Notes under the pieces: model-generated
Databases searched by the model: none
What the model saw: the letters and a program-made list of their open reading frames with translations, nothing else
What the model was told of the DNA's origin: nothing
Made by a program: the position numbers and the translations under genes
Assembly (NCBI RefSeq): GCF_006345805.1
Contig: NC_042998.1
Span: 130,076,001-130,140,000 of the forward strand
DNA: 64,000 nt
Direction: 5' to 3'
Source of the DNA: Octopus sinensis
Taxonomy: Eukaryota
Part shown: in pieces, positions 38,310 to 51,917 of the stretch
Position numbering within the stretch: the first letter of the stretch is position 1
Layout: each line of letters starts with the position of its first letter

Positions 38310-39045
38310 GAAAGCCTAATCTTCGCTGCTCAGTATCAGGCATTGAATACCAAGTTAGTGGAAAGGGATATATACTGCACAAGTGCATTGAACCTCTGCC
38401 GAATGTATGAGAAGGGGGTCGAAAGCGTGATTCACATTGTTGGTGCTTGTGTAAGTCTTGCGCAGAAAGAGTACAAGCTCACACCCAGCAAAGTAGCCCC
38501 AAAACTTCACTGGTTACTATGCTGGAAGTATGGATACGAGGTAAGGGGTGCACGGTACCAAAATACACCAGAAAATGTAATTGACGAAAAGGGGAAGGCA
38601 AAAATCATCTGGGACTTTAAGACAGACAAGGTGTTAGAGCACTGAAGGCCGGATATAGTAATCTTTAGAAGAAACAAACAGGAGTGCGAAATAATTGATG
38701 TGGAAATCAGTATATTATCATGAAAGAAAGAGAAAAGATGGATAAATTTGGAACCTGAGAATTGAGAGCGCTAAGATGTGGCAGCTGCGAGAGTCAAACA
38801 TTCTGGTTGTCCCTATTGTCATCGGAGCAATTCATATCACCCAATCTGGAAAAAAAAACATCTGGAAACTTTAGAAATACCCTACAATCTAGGCGTATTG
38901 CAAAAATCGGTATTACTTGGAACTGCACGCTTATTGCGTAAAGTACTGTCTGTCTGAGGTCCTTGTAACGTGACAGACAGTACAAATCCCCGGCAGACAA
39001 TATTTTCAATCAACATCAAAATATTGTATACTGTGCGACGTCTTA
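38310..39045 (+). mobile_element. Dong/R4-type LINE 3' fragment (CCHC and RLE)
   Basis: ESLIFAAQYQALNT...CRMYEKGVESVIHIVGAC...KIIWDFKTDKVLEH*RPDI; ends in (AAT)n. Confidence 0.85.
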
Positions 39046-39056
39046 AATAATAATAA

Positions 39057-39092
<36 letters not shown>

Positions 39093-39130
39093 TATTATTA
39101 TTATTATTTCTACAATTAATATTATTATTA

Positions 39131-39290
39131 TATTTGTAAGCACAAGGCCTGAAATTTGGGGGAGAGGGATAGTCGATCACATTGACCCCAGTATTCAAAT
39201 GGTACTTATATAATCGATCTCGAAAGAATGAAAAGTAATGTCTATTTCGGCGAAATTTGATCTCAGAACGTAGCAACGGGCTAAATACCT
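39131..39290 (-). mobile_element. SINE family B body with B2 tail, lacking head
   Basis: Begins GGTATTT directly after the B1 tail of the adjacent copy. Confidence 0.75.
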
Positions 39291-39519
39291 ATTTCTTTAC
39301 TACCCATAAGGGGCTAAACACAGAGGGGACAAAGAAAAATTAACAAACGGATTAAGTCGATTACATCGACACCAGTGTGTAACTGGTACTTATTTAATCG
39401 ACCCCGAAAGGATGAAAGGCAAAGTCGACCTCGGCGGAATTTGGACTCAGAACGTAGCGGCAGACGAAATACTGCTAAGCATTTCGCTCGGCGTGCTAAC
39501 GTTTCTGCCAGCTCGCCAC
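39291..39519 (-). mobile_element. SINE family B, tail type B1
   Basis: Homologous to 29291-29529 and 63546-63775. Confidence 0.9.
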
Positions 39520-39582
39520 TTTACAATAACAACAACAACAACAACAACAACAATAATAATAATATTAATAATAATAATAATA

Positions 39583-39618
<36 letters not shown>

Positions 39619-39885
39619 GTAATAATAATAATAACAATAATAATAAATCGTGGTAACTGGAACGGCTCATGTACTGAGAAGAGCATCATCACCGTGAAAA
39701 CAACACCCACTCATGAATTTATTTATTAATTTTTTAAATACATAATTTACAAGTGAATTTGCGTGTATAACCTGGGAATGCATATAATAAGCTTCTCTGC
39801 CCTACGTGTACGGAAAACACTCGGCAAGAAACGGAAGAAAATTTGAAGAAAGAAGGAAATAATAATAATGATGATGATAATAATA

Positions 39886-39944
<59 letters not shown>

Positions 39945-39945
<1 letters not shown>

Positions 39946-40498
39946 CCCTGATGCAGTACCAGGCAGTGGCTCTCATGGCTTCTGATCTTAACTGATTGGA
40001 AGTGTTATCATGTACATTGTTTTGTCTTGGTATAAAAGATGGGCTACAGCAAATATTCTGCTCAATACCACAGATTTGCTTGTCAGTTGTTTGACCTTAA
40101 CCAGTTGAGCATGTCCCTTAGTGGCTGACGATATGTGCATCTCTGATCACGAGCAGAAGTAGTGGGGGAGCATCATAGCCATGTGTTGAGAGGGATTCTT
40201 TGGGGTATGAATAATTCACCTTTGGAAACATGGGTGGTTCTTTCAACATCCTTAAACAACCCTTATTCAGGGACCTTTTGAGCGGGATGGGCTACTCAAC
40301 CTGAAGAAAATTCTAACTGGGCCCCACCTGCAAGGTCATGTGCTGTTTATCTTGATATGAGATCACCATGTCGCGCACATATGGTTGTGATGCATGTGCC
40401 TGGTGTACCTTTATCAGACGGGTAGTCATGATGGGTATATTGGGCTTCGTATATTTTACTCCAGTGTCACTTTGATGGCATGAACTGCTCTCTCACTC
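39945..40498 (+). mobile_element. Unclassified repeat family E, apparently full length (554 bp)
   Basis: GCCCTGATGCAGTACCAGGCAG...CTCTCTCACTC between long (AAT)n tracts; two partial copies elsewhere in the window; orientation arbitrary. Confidence 0.8.
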
Positions 40499-40567
40499 AA
40501 TAATAATAATAATAATAAATAATAATAATAATAATATAATAATAACAACAATAATAATAATAATATA

Positions 40568-40641
<74 letters not shown>

Positions 40642-40652
40642 TAATAATAATA

Positions 40653-40822
40653 AGCTTTTCTACTATAGGCACAAGGCCTGAAATTTGTGGCGAGGGACTA
40701 GTCGATTACATCTATTCCAATACTCGACTGTTACTTAATTTATTAAACTGAAAGGATGAAAGGCTATGTCGACATCGGCGGAATTTGAACTCAGAACGTA
40801 ACGATTCTGCCAGCTCGCTGCG
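40653..40822 (-). mobile_element. SINE family B, tail type B2, deletion between two CGTTA sites
   Basis: Minus strand GCGAGCTGGCAGAATCGTTACGTTCTGAGTTCAAATTCC. Confidence 0.8.
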
Positions 40823-40862
40823 TTCAATAATAGTAATAATAATAATGATAATAATAATAATG

Positions 40863-40913
<51 letters not shown>

Positions 40914-40931
40914 GATAATGATAATAATAAT

Positions 40932-41098
40932 TTTGAGACTGGTACTTGGATTTTGAATGTCTCCAACGATAATTTACAACCAAGTATCAAATCTTATAAG
41001 GTGTGTGAAAAGAGACACTGTGAGACCTCTGACAACAGGCTGCTGTGCATTCTCATAGAATCAGCCAGAGCAAACTAGACCGAGCGCTCTGAAAGAAT
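40932..41098 (+). mobile_element. Possible Dong-type ORF end and 3' UTR
   Basis: LRLVLGF* resembles LRKVL..*; embedded in (AAT)n. Confidence 0.35.
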
Positions 41099-41164
41099 AA
41101 AAATAAAAATAATAATAATAATAACGACAACAACAACAACAACAACAACAACAATAATAATAAC

Positions 41165-41226
<62 letters not shown>

Positions 41227-42807
41227 TAACAGCAATAGGTTCTGATTTAGGAAGAAGTCATGTAATATTTGAGTTGAGTGTTTTAGTGGCTACCATAGAC
41301 TTATAAGTTGACTAATACTTTATTTTAATCGACTTTGAATGGATGGATGGTAAATTTCACCCTAACAGAATTTGAACAGTGTATTCAGGGCTATATGGCA
41401 TGATTTCCACCCATTGAGACCCACCAGTGTATTGATAATATAAACTACAAAATTTTATACATTCGTATGGCTATAGCGATAACAGTGCTGGGAAAACAGT
41501 GAGAAAATTACATGCCACTAGCAACCAACTTGTACGTTTCTCTATTTCAACGAAGTTTAAATAATCTTCCTTGACACTCATCGTTGCGTCTAAGCTTACA
41601 AACAATTTACTGTCATATGCATACCTACACTCCAACAACCTCGTTCAAACAAAAGAATTCACAAAGAATGAAATTATCGACAATTATTCACGGCTTGTAA
41701 CATAAGTAAATACAAATTACCACATCTATCATTTTTTATAGTCGACACGAAAATAAAAATGTCACTCCCTTCAGGCTATAGAGATAACTTTATTCTCATA
41801 CCCTAGAGAAATAAATAAGTAAATATATAACAATCCTCAATTTTTAACAGCGGTACTAAAAAGAAATATAAACACCAAATTATTGATACGCCAAGTAATA
41901 TAACTGTCGTTGGGTTATCATGTCAGACATAGGAATAAAAGCAAATAGAAATCTGTTGAAAATGAGAGACATATTTGCGATTTTGTACACACTAGCCTAC
42001 CCAGATAGGTACGAGTGTATATGTCTGCGTGTACGTACGTATATACACAGAGACAGAAAAAGAGGTAGACATATAGAAATACATACACATATAAATATGT
42101 AATGTTCATGTATTTATTTGTGTATGTAGACGTGAATATGAATACAGGAATGTATAAGGGGATTTTTGAGTGTGTTTGTGCGTGTGTGCTCTTTCGTGCA
42201 TTCATAGAAGACTCTGCATACAGAGGCAGAAATATATATACAAAAATAAGAATAGACCAAAAAGAAATCCTCAAGCAGGCCAAATGAATGGAGTATGTTT
42301 GCACTGACAGACTTGTGGTACTGAGTAAATATATTCATATCAATAATACAGAGCCGTTGTCCTCCTTTATAAATGTACACACAACAAAGTTCTTTGCACA
42401 TAATAAAGCAAAGACCTCTCTGCAAACATACGTACGCACAGAAGTACATTACTATTTGCAAATACACATACAGGGGCTTTTATATACCTAAATCTATAGA
42501 TGAAACATAAAAATATATAAACGGAGACTCAGTTATAAAAATACGTGTATATCAGGTAAACAAGTAAAAATAGTCACATACATACAAACATACATACATA
42601 CATACATGCATATACGGATTCATACTTACATACATACATACATACACATAGTGTACGTATACATATGATGATAGCATTCACGTCACTAAAAAATGAGTTA
42701 ACTATACATCATTTACAGTGAGCTTCAAGTGTGTGTGTATGTATACTTAGGTATACTAATATATAAATACAAATATATATATATACTTACATACATACAT
42801 TAAAACT

Positions 42808-42848
<41 letters not shown>

Positions 42849-42900
42849 CATATGCATACATACATAAAAACTACATACACACACACATATATATATATAC

Positions 42901-42935
<35 letters not shown>

Positions 42936-43961
42936 CACACATATGCATACGCATGATCGCGCGCACACACACTCACACATATGTTATTAATTTATTAATT
43001 ACATAGAAACGACTGGTATTAAAAAAGATTGCGAAAATAAATACAATATTTAGGAATACTATTTCCAAAGTCGGTATGGCAATTATGCATAACTGATTAA
43101 CCTGCTTAGCCTATTCGATCAAAGTAAGGCTTGATAACTTGAAACTACATCAACGAAATTAATAGTCATGAGAGCAACGTGAGATGAAGTGTTTTTGTCA
43201 AGTACACAACGTACCACTTAGTCCAGGATTTGAAACTACGATCGCCAGAGAAACATCCTTACCCATTTGACTAACTTATATTGTTCCATGGAAGTCAAAT
43301 GCAAGAAGTCGTCAGTGGGGAAAAGCCTCGTCTAAATATCTGCAGTACAATACACAATCAACGAGTTAAAATTCACTCAGCACACTAAATAAATCTTTCC
43401 CGAAACCATAATCACTACAGATCTCTAACGAGAAACGTGAAGAAGGTCTCCATACATAACCAATTTTCACAAGTTCTCCTGCTTTCAAAATTACAAGGGA
43501 AAACTTGCGGAATCTTTCTTCCCCCCTTTTTTTTCATCTTGATGTTACTGCAAGCCTTAATCTCGTAAGAAATCTTCCAAAATTGCTGACAGCGAAATCT
43601 CAACTGACCTCATAATTTACTTTTAGATATATGGTCACAGCCATATTAGGTTAGGTTTATCCCATTCCGTTCCACTAGAATCACCACCACGTACACATAA
43701 ACTGGGAAAAACACAAGTCATTTTTAGTCAACAACGCAAATGGAAGGAAATTTCTATAGGCCTTCACTCCTAACATACCACACTGTCTTGTTTTCACTGA
43801 ACAATTATCGTTTTCTCGCCTTCATTTCCATCAGCCCAAAGCCTATGGAAACAGACACAAAGAATCACATTCCGCAACACATTGGTTTAACCGCCTTCAT
43901 TTACTGGTCAACTTTATCGTTCTTGTAGATATACAGGTGACCAACACACTTATGTCATTTA

Positions 43962-44696
43962 TCAGAAAACCAATAGAATTGAAATACTTGCTGGAAACAA
44001 TGTAGCTGCTCCTGAAATAATCAATGTTAGACCGTATATGGCATGCGTGTCTACACGAAAAACGTTTCCCTCGCCTATCGGCACTATCTGTTTTTCGTCT
44101 CTTGGAAATGTGTCTTCCAGTCAGATTGCAATGTCGCTGTGATTGCCAATGCAGTCCTCACTGATCCATCCTCTATCAACGCTTCTACTCATTGTAGGAT
44201 TCGACTTTGTTCTCCACACACCACTATACATAAAATATTTTCTTAGCGTCTCTTCCGTAACAGCTTCACTTCCTATAAATACGATATCCCCATTCTTCTC
44301 GAGATCTCGTCAGTGCAGTGCTTTCCCTAACCATCTTAGATATTCCGTAAATCTTACTCTACCACAAGGAAAGAGATCTTGAGGATGTTCTTCATTGAAC
44401 TTATGACAATCTAGTCATCTTCAACAATACAAAAGCAAACATCACAACATCCATCAGAAATCTATATCCTTCAGCCAATCTCTGAACATGATCAATATCC
44501 AAACTAGAAATTACAAGATCACCACAAGCGCTAGGCATCATCATATTTGATATCTCCCTCTATAGAAGCACAACCTGAAGGTAGTAATAACTGCATCAAA
44601 AGATTGCCCATCCTCATCAAAGCCAGAATATATTTTAGGCTTCAAATATCCTTTACAAAGTTCATATAAGTCTCGCAGTTGAGTACCCTCCCTCAT
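43962..44696 (-). pseudogene. Unclassified decayed ORF with RRM-like motif
   Basis: About 148 codons (44406-43962) in one frame with only 2 internal stops, incl. DIVFIGSEAVTEETLRKYFMYSGV; upstream MREGTQLRDLYELCKGYLKPKIYSG in another frame. Confidence 0.4.
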
Positions 44697-46819
44697 CTAG
44701 AGCGTTGTTGCTGTTCCTACAAAGACACCGTAGATCGTATTCCTGTGATAAACAAGAAGTTACCCAATGTTATCAGTTGACAGATTGTCAGATACATTGC
44801 TTTGCACTTCCGTATATCAGAATATACATACGTCAAATACAGAAGCCAATTTTTCTCATTCTCTAACTTTTTCTTTCTATGAATTTTTCTGGAAGAAATC
44901 GACGGTGTTCAGACCCGGAGAAAAATGAATCTCGGTCAGAGTTAAAATATATACGATGTACGGTATATTACGACGGTAACGCTATGACTGCAACAGGGAT
45001 TTAAAGGGACCATGACGTGGCATGAAAATTATTGCCAACACAGTCCAATGTCTGGTCAGCAGATGTGCTGTCACATCGCTATGCCTTACACAAATATATA
45101 TTTTCTTCTACAATGGCTAGTCTCAAGCCACTAGAAATCAGTTAATCTCTATGCACCAGTCTCTATTTTCCTGTCATCTATATTGTAACCAATTTGTGTA
45201 TGCATTAACCACAATATCAGAGCATCAGCACACTGTTCCAATGCTTTTTATTGAACGGTTTTTAGTTTCCAATTTGTACTTTGATATTTCATTTCCCTTG
45301 TATTCTGAGCAACGATATTTTATTTTATTCTTGTTCTTGTAGCTTATTAATATCGTTTCCATGCCTTTGCTTCCTTACAGTTGTCCATTCAAACTAATGT
45401 GATTTTGTAGTATTTGTAAAATTTGTGTAAAAGACTGTCATTTCTGTAATGATTACGTTGAATGTTAGAAACAGCAGAGGGTGGGAAAGAATGTTGCAGG
45501 CTTTTTGCCTTTCGTCTCTGTAATGTGCAGCCTGTGCTTATGTTAGATATCAACCTTACCTTTATAATTTATATTATTAGGACTATTTTTTTATTTTATT
45601 CATTTATTTTTCAATGTTAAGATTGTTTTGTATAAAATTATCTGCAGATAATTTAGGCAGTTTTTCAAGATTATAAGAGATGCTTTGTAATGACGTTCTG
45701 ATAAATTATGAGTGATAACTATATTGAGTGTGTAAGAAAGACAGAAGGGTGGGGTTGGCAGAGCAGCTGGAGAGAAAATGCGTGCTTATCGAAAGAGAAA
45801 TTAAGAGAGGAAGGGATTCTTTTTAAATATATTTTTTCTTCTTGTATAAAGAAAATTCGGAAATATCATTACGCTAGTCCATACTGGCTAGCGGGCAAAC
45901 GAGAAAGTTAATACTGGGTGTAGAATGAAAGTGAGCTGTCTTGGCATTTTTAGACACACATCTTAGCAGTTATAATTAAAACTGCCATTACAGCAAAAGT
46001 GGATCCGAGAAGATACGCCGGTGGACATAGTATCAAATCGATATTTATCCAATCCATTTTGAAATTAATGACAACAACGTCAAGAGTCGTATTGAAAACT
46101 ACTAAAATAATTTGGTGGTGGTGGTGGTGGTGGTAGGGAGGCATATCAACAACACTCTCACAAAACAAATGCAAACCTATACACACACGCATAAAATCAT
46201 CGACATGCAGCATTAGTGAAAGCATTGTATGATAGTTACATCGAAAATGATAACAACATATAAAAATAACCCAGCAACGACAGCATGAATGCTAACAAGA
46301 AGGCTGTAATGCAAGCAAAAAGCAGCAGCGAATATAAGATGTTCGTTGTATCAGACAGTAGAAGCAATGGAAAATCGTACATAATTCTAGTGATCAAAGA
46401 TTTAGAAGGTTTAAGGCAATATTTTAGCAGTATGCTCACTAGCTTAATACATATTTCAAAATCTCAAAATATATTATTTAACCGTCTGTTTCTACAAAGT
46501 TTCATATATGGATATTACGCATATCAAACTGTTACATTGTGGCAAGCAATATGTTCTAATCAGAAGAATCCTCGACACAACACTCAGATCATTAATAGTA
46601 TTGTAGTGTCCAAAATATAATGCTAATAGCGGTGCAGTAAAGTCATTTTCTACCATCAGGCATCATGCTCGGTTAGGTATCTGAAAATGATGCAGCAAGA
46701 CTTATCTTTCCTAATTAGGGGATGTCGAAAGTTCATAGATGAGAAGGGATATTGACTTACGGAGGAATGCCACTTATACAGTACTCAGTAATATTTTGTG
46801 TCAAGAAGTAGGTGTTCAG

Positions 46820-46960
46820 TGTTATAAGTGGATTCTTTAAGTTCTGAGTTTAAATTCTGCCGAGTTCGAATTCGCCTTTTTATCATATTGAGATCGACAA
46901 AATAAGTACCAGTGGAGCACTGAGATCGAGGTAGATTGCAAGTCTTATGCCAAGACTGGA
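46820..46960 (+). mobile_element. SINE family B fragment
   Basis: TTCTGAGTTTAAATTCTGCCGAGTTCGAATTCGCCTTT...AAGTACCAGT. Confidence 0.65.
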
Positions 46961-47426
46961 AACTATTATTGTTTTTTTTTATTATTGCTATGCAAAATTA
47001 TGTGCAAAGCACATTCTCGGTCTGAGTAATTTCACCGACGTGAAAACCAATAACAGAACTAATATTTATACACAAAATAATAAAATCAAAATAGTACAGA
47101 TATTATAAGTGCATCAAATATAAGAAAGTCACGGCAACAACACTAATACTATTTATACCAATAATAATCTCTGGTATTTTATAACCTCACAACTCTTTAA
47201 TAAAAGCAATATTATCCAAATTTTGATAGATTAATTAAGATAATTTAGCTTCTAATCGGTGTTTCTACGATGACATAACAGCGTCAATAAAGATTGTGTT
47301 GTAAAACGCACTTAAACGGTGGTGTCTGTTTACTGTAAGCGAAAGTTTATGCTGTGTCTGTTGTATCACATCAAATACTAATAACCTATTTATCTATGTA
47401 TCTGCTTCTGCTGTGTGTGTGTGTGT

Positions 47427-47465
<39 letters not shown>

Positions 47466-47947
47466 ATGTGTATCTGTTTCTCTTTCCTTCTCTCTCACTC
47501 TCTCTTTCTTTCTCTCCTGATATATGTATATGTGCGTATAGAAACTGTGTTTGTGTGCATGCATATTTATGTATGTAGAATCTTGAATCCATAAAAATAT
47601 AATTACCACTGCTAAGACATAAGCACTGTTCGATAAATCCATTTACCCGTAGATGTTTGCATCGCAAAATAACTTGCAACTGATAAACTGCTCATCATGT
47701 TTGCAAACCATAATGTAAACGAAATTTAGATTAATTACTATCGATAACAGACTTGCAACACAATTATATTCAAACAGGTATAAAAGACGAAAGAAGAACT
47801 GTTAATTAATAAAAAATATATATATATAAAATAATAAAAACTGTCGTATGCAAAAAAATATATGTATGTAACGTAGTGTAATAAATATGTCATAAAAAAC
47901 ACCAGCGTTCTTTAAAAAATAATCACATATACAACAACAGCTGTCAC

Positions 47948-48058
47948 CTTGAAAATGCAAATGATGGAAAAAACAGGCTTCAGTCCAAATCCAGTCTCTT
48001 TCAGCATAATAGTCATCCATGCACCAAAGAGGAAGCATGTGCATGGGAGCACAAGCTC
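47948..48058 (-). CDS. Candidate 111-nt exon, two frames open, product unknown
   Basis: Very T-rich acceptor ending TTTTTGCAG|, donor AAG|GTGACA; ELVLPCTCFLFGAW... (phase 0) or ACAPMHMLPLWCMDDYYAERDW... (phase 1). Confidence 0.3.
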
Positions 48059-50515
48059 CTGCAAAAATCAAAAAGCTAAAAACAAAACAAAAAAAAACAG
48101 TTAAATATTTCCTAATACATATACTAGCATCTTTAAAATGGAACAATACTCTGCATAATATGAACATGATAGACTACATCCGAAACAAAAAAGATTAGAT
48201 TGTTACGGTTAAAATCCCTTTGATGAAATGCTGGCTATATCACAAAAACTTTGAGGCTATGAAAACAAGAGACGTCACTTATCCGAATTTCCACTCTGCA
48301 TAATGTGTATTAATTCACAGCTTTCAATAGGCTTTTCCCTTTTTATGTACATCCACTCATAGAGAAACACCAAGGAATCTTACTTCAACACCTCTACAGA
48401 GGCACGATATCTTTCTCAATTTCAGTTAATATCTTTCTTAATTCTTATTAATTTCTTAATTATAGGTTACCAACCTATTACACTAAAAAGCGTGTACACG
48501 TAGCAAACATGTTATTAAAAAATACAAATATTAATTTTCTTAACTAAATTGTCAGTAGTTGTGATAGGTTCTCCCTATTAAAGAGAAAGGAATGAATAGA
48601 ATCGACCTCTTAGTCACAAATGTAGCCACTCAAATTATATTCTTAATCGTGATTTGGTTATGGGTTGGGTGTGCAGGATTATGTACTTTTAATAGACAAT
48701 GAATGCATATGGTCAACTTATGCAAATAACCAACGTATGGTTGTAAATAGTCAACGTATGCATGTAAATAGTAAACTTGCAGAAATAAATAAATAATATG
48801 AAACCCTTTCACAACTCATTAATAAACGATGATCCTACGCACACATTTCCAATTTATCACGTGATATTATGTCACATTGACAGTTTTTGTCATTACATTG
48901 AGTGCACCAAAGTTACATAAACAATAGAGCATTGTACTAAGCGTGTCATACGAGACTTTCGTTGCATTGAGCCCTTCATATGGAATTAAAAACATTGCGG
49001 TGCTTACTTTCGGTCCCCTACATTTTAAATTTAAATACATCAAAGTCATACAACGTTTGGTGAGTAAAATAGCTCAAAATTGGTGTCTATTGAAAGGCAT
49101 CTAATTGAATGAAATGTCGATTCGTTTCCGTTAACGGTTCTGTGGTATGTTCATGAGTATTAAGCTCAACTTGGTTCAGTCTATTTCTGTATAAACATGT
49201 TAGATTACAAAGATATATCATAACGAAATGAAATTCTAATGCAGTTTACAATTAATAAGGATTTTATAATCTACAATACAGTGTTTATGTTCTACGACGG
49301 AGCTGGTATAAGTGATTAAAAGGAATTTCGATCTTTAGTGATTGAATTGATACTCTATAACTTAGTCATAAGATTCGGGTATTTGTTATTAGGTGAGGTC
49401 TGTGATAGTTGATATGCAACATTTCCTCCAACGTTAGACAAATAATATAAAAATATCCAACATTTAGGATACCACATTTATTTCGATTTTCCATTGTATA
49501 TTCTCGTCTTTCAATTTGTCACCTTTTATATTCATTACAATACATGAATACGTGAGATGGGAGGATTTAAAACACCAAGCAAATAACATCAATACAACAA
49601 GCTTTTTAGGCTTCAGTTAAAAAGGAAAAATAAGAACAAGAAGTAAACAACAAATAATAATTGTTCTTGAAAGGTTGACCTTAGAAGCTATATATCAATG
49701 TCATTGTAACAATGCCGCTAGGATGGGCGCTGACATTGCACGCCTTCGCGCTGTTCTTCGCCTTCCCGCTATTCTGTATAAAAGCTATCAAGTTGCAGCA
49801 ACAGCATAGTTAAAATTTCAACCGTCTTTAGAATTCTCTCTCCAATGATCTTTATAAGCTTATGAAAATCGTTCTGCAAACATTCTTACAATTCATGTAG
49901 TTTATAATGGAAATGAACACACACACACAAACACACACTCACGCTTATCATACATACATTCACATAAAGATGCATGCAAATATAGATACATACAGAGACA
50001 TATGCACACATATTACTACCATGTATATCACACACTTTTCGTGATTGACTATTCTTTGCAATGGAATAAAATTGCCTTTTCACATGAAGTATTGTATTCA
50101 TGTTAGTGTGGGAAATATTAAAGGTTTCTATTCTCATTTCATTAGAGTGACAGTGAGACTGGCAAGCCAACAATATCATTCATTGGTGATACTCAGTTAA
50201 AGGAGGGATTTAAATTGTAAGTTACTAAAGTAAGAGTCACAAGTAAAAAGAGCCATTGTATGTAATAGCATTAAAATCGGCTTTAATAATCTTTACCATT
50301 AAAAATAATCATATCTACATCGCTTGCTTTTCATGCAGATGGTGCCTGACAGGTATTTAATTTTTAAAGAATTCCCTGTCTCTACGTTAACAAGTAAAAA
50401 GTTCTGAATGATTATTTAGTGATTCAGTCGCTATACTTTCGCAACGTACGTGAAGTTTATAAGTCGGCTGTTGACTCAAATATGTAATGAATAGGAAAGG
50501 AGACACGAATTATTG

Positions 50516-50592
<77 letters not shown>

Positions 50593-51917
50593 TGTGTGTA
50601 TGTGTGCATGTTACAAAACAGGAAGTTGCGAAACGTTTTGGTTTTGTTTATTCACTATTACATATGCTTCATTTCTTTAGTCCAGAATCAAATACTAATA
50701 AGTATTACTTGATTCTCTTTGTATGAAGAATTTCTAATACGAAATTTCTTATATGTTTTCCAGCTTGTATAACTTTGTGATTCCTATTATCAAATGAAAC
50801 ATTTGTAATGGTGAATAAATGAAATCCAAAAATGCTCCAATATCCCGTTTTGTTATATAATAACTTTGCAAACAATATTTTCAGAAAATGCAGCTTCAAT
50901 ATGTACCTTATACCAATGAAACAACAACAACAACAGTTACATACCGGATTGTAATACTGAAATAAGCAGATCTGCTTCAGGAGGACACAGCTTTGATTTT
51001 ACCCTACCGACATTATACATATATTAGTGTTACGGAATATATTTTGAATTATATGCCAAGAAATAGATTCATTCATTTTTTGTTGCCTATTTGCTTTTAA
51101 CAGTGAATGGGAATAGGTAAAATGTTGCTGCTGCTACTAATCTAGCATCTGAAAATATTTCAGCTTACTTTATTAAAGGGAGAAAGATTTCGATTTTGAA
51201 CAATCATCATGTAGATATATAATATGTCTTATAGTGACAGCTATTTTTGTATTCAAAGAAACGTAAAAGAACTGCTGGTTTGTATTTCATTCTTCATTCA
51301 GAATGCCAGTAAAATTAGATTTACATCTAATTTTAAAATGCATTTACATTGAAATGGAGTTGTGCTTTATCCTAGATTGTATCATACATCACGCAAATTC
51401 AGCTGAGAGCAAGGTTTCTATCCGATCACAGTACTACTGTATAAACTGTTTGCCATGCATAGCTAATATCAAGGTGCAGCTGAGGCTATTGAAAACTTTA
51501 TATTTAACTTTTGGTAAAGATCTGTTTCTGCTCGGAGAAAATCATTTTGTTTGGTGGAAATCGACAAAATTTCAGGAAGACAATTAGATTTATCTGTTTT
51601 GCTTGGCAGTTTTTGATTTTAAACATTACTTGGGTGAAATTTTGTTTGTTTTATTAGCTGATTGCTTGCACAAATACTGCTAACTGAAGTTTGTCAACTC
51701 ACTATATTAAATATATGTGACATTATTGAATTTCTATTCACTATGCGGAATACGCTTTGAGGTATTTTCCTACAGATATATTGTTTATAACTTACCTAGT
51801 GATTGCTAGGCATACTATGCGACTGCAACCACAGAAAAATGCATTAGAGAATTATTTGTGAGCATATATCTTAAGGTTTAACCGTCTGCATTTCATTGAC
51901 TTATCCGTTTAATTTCG

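Noticed and set aside
38100-38645. 181-aa ORF with poly-N/D/E and a CCHC region
   Set aside because: Chance read-through from one Dong 3' UTR across (AAT)(GAT)(GAG) repeats into a second Dong fragment
46285-46620. 111-aa ORF MNANKKAVMQ...
   Set aside because: No motif, no splice signals, AT-rich composition consistent with chance
49700-49810. GC-rich patch with TATAAAA and short signal-peptide-like or SOCS-box-like frames
   Set aside because: Several frames on both strands look equally plausible and none has good splice support
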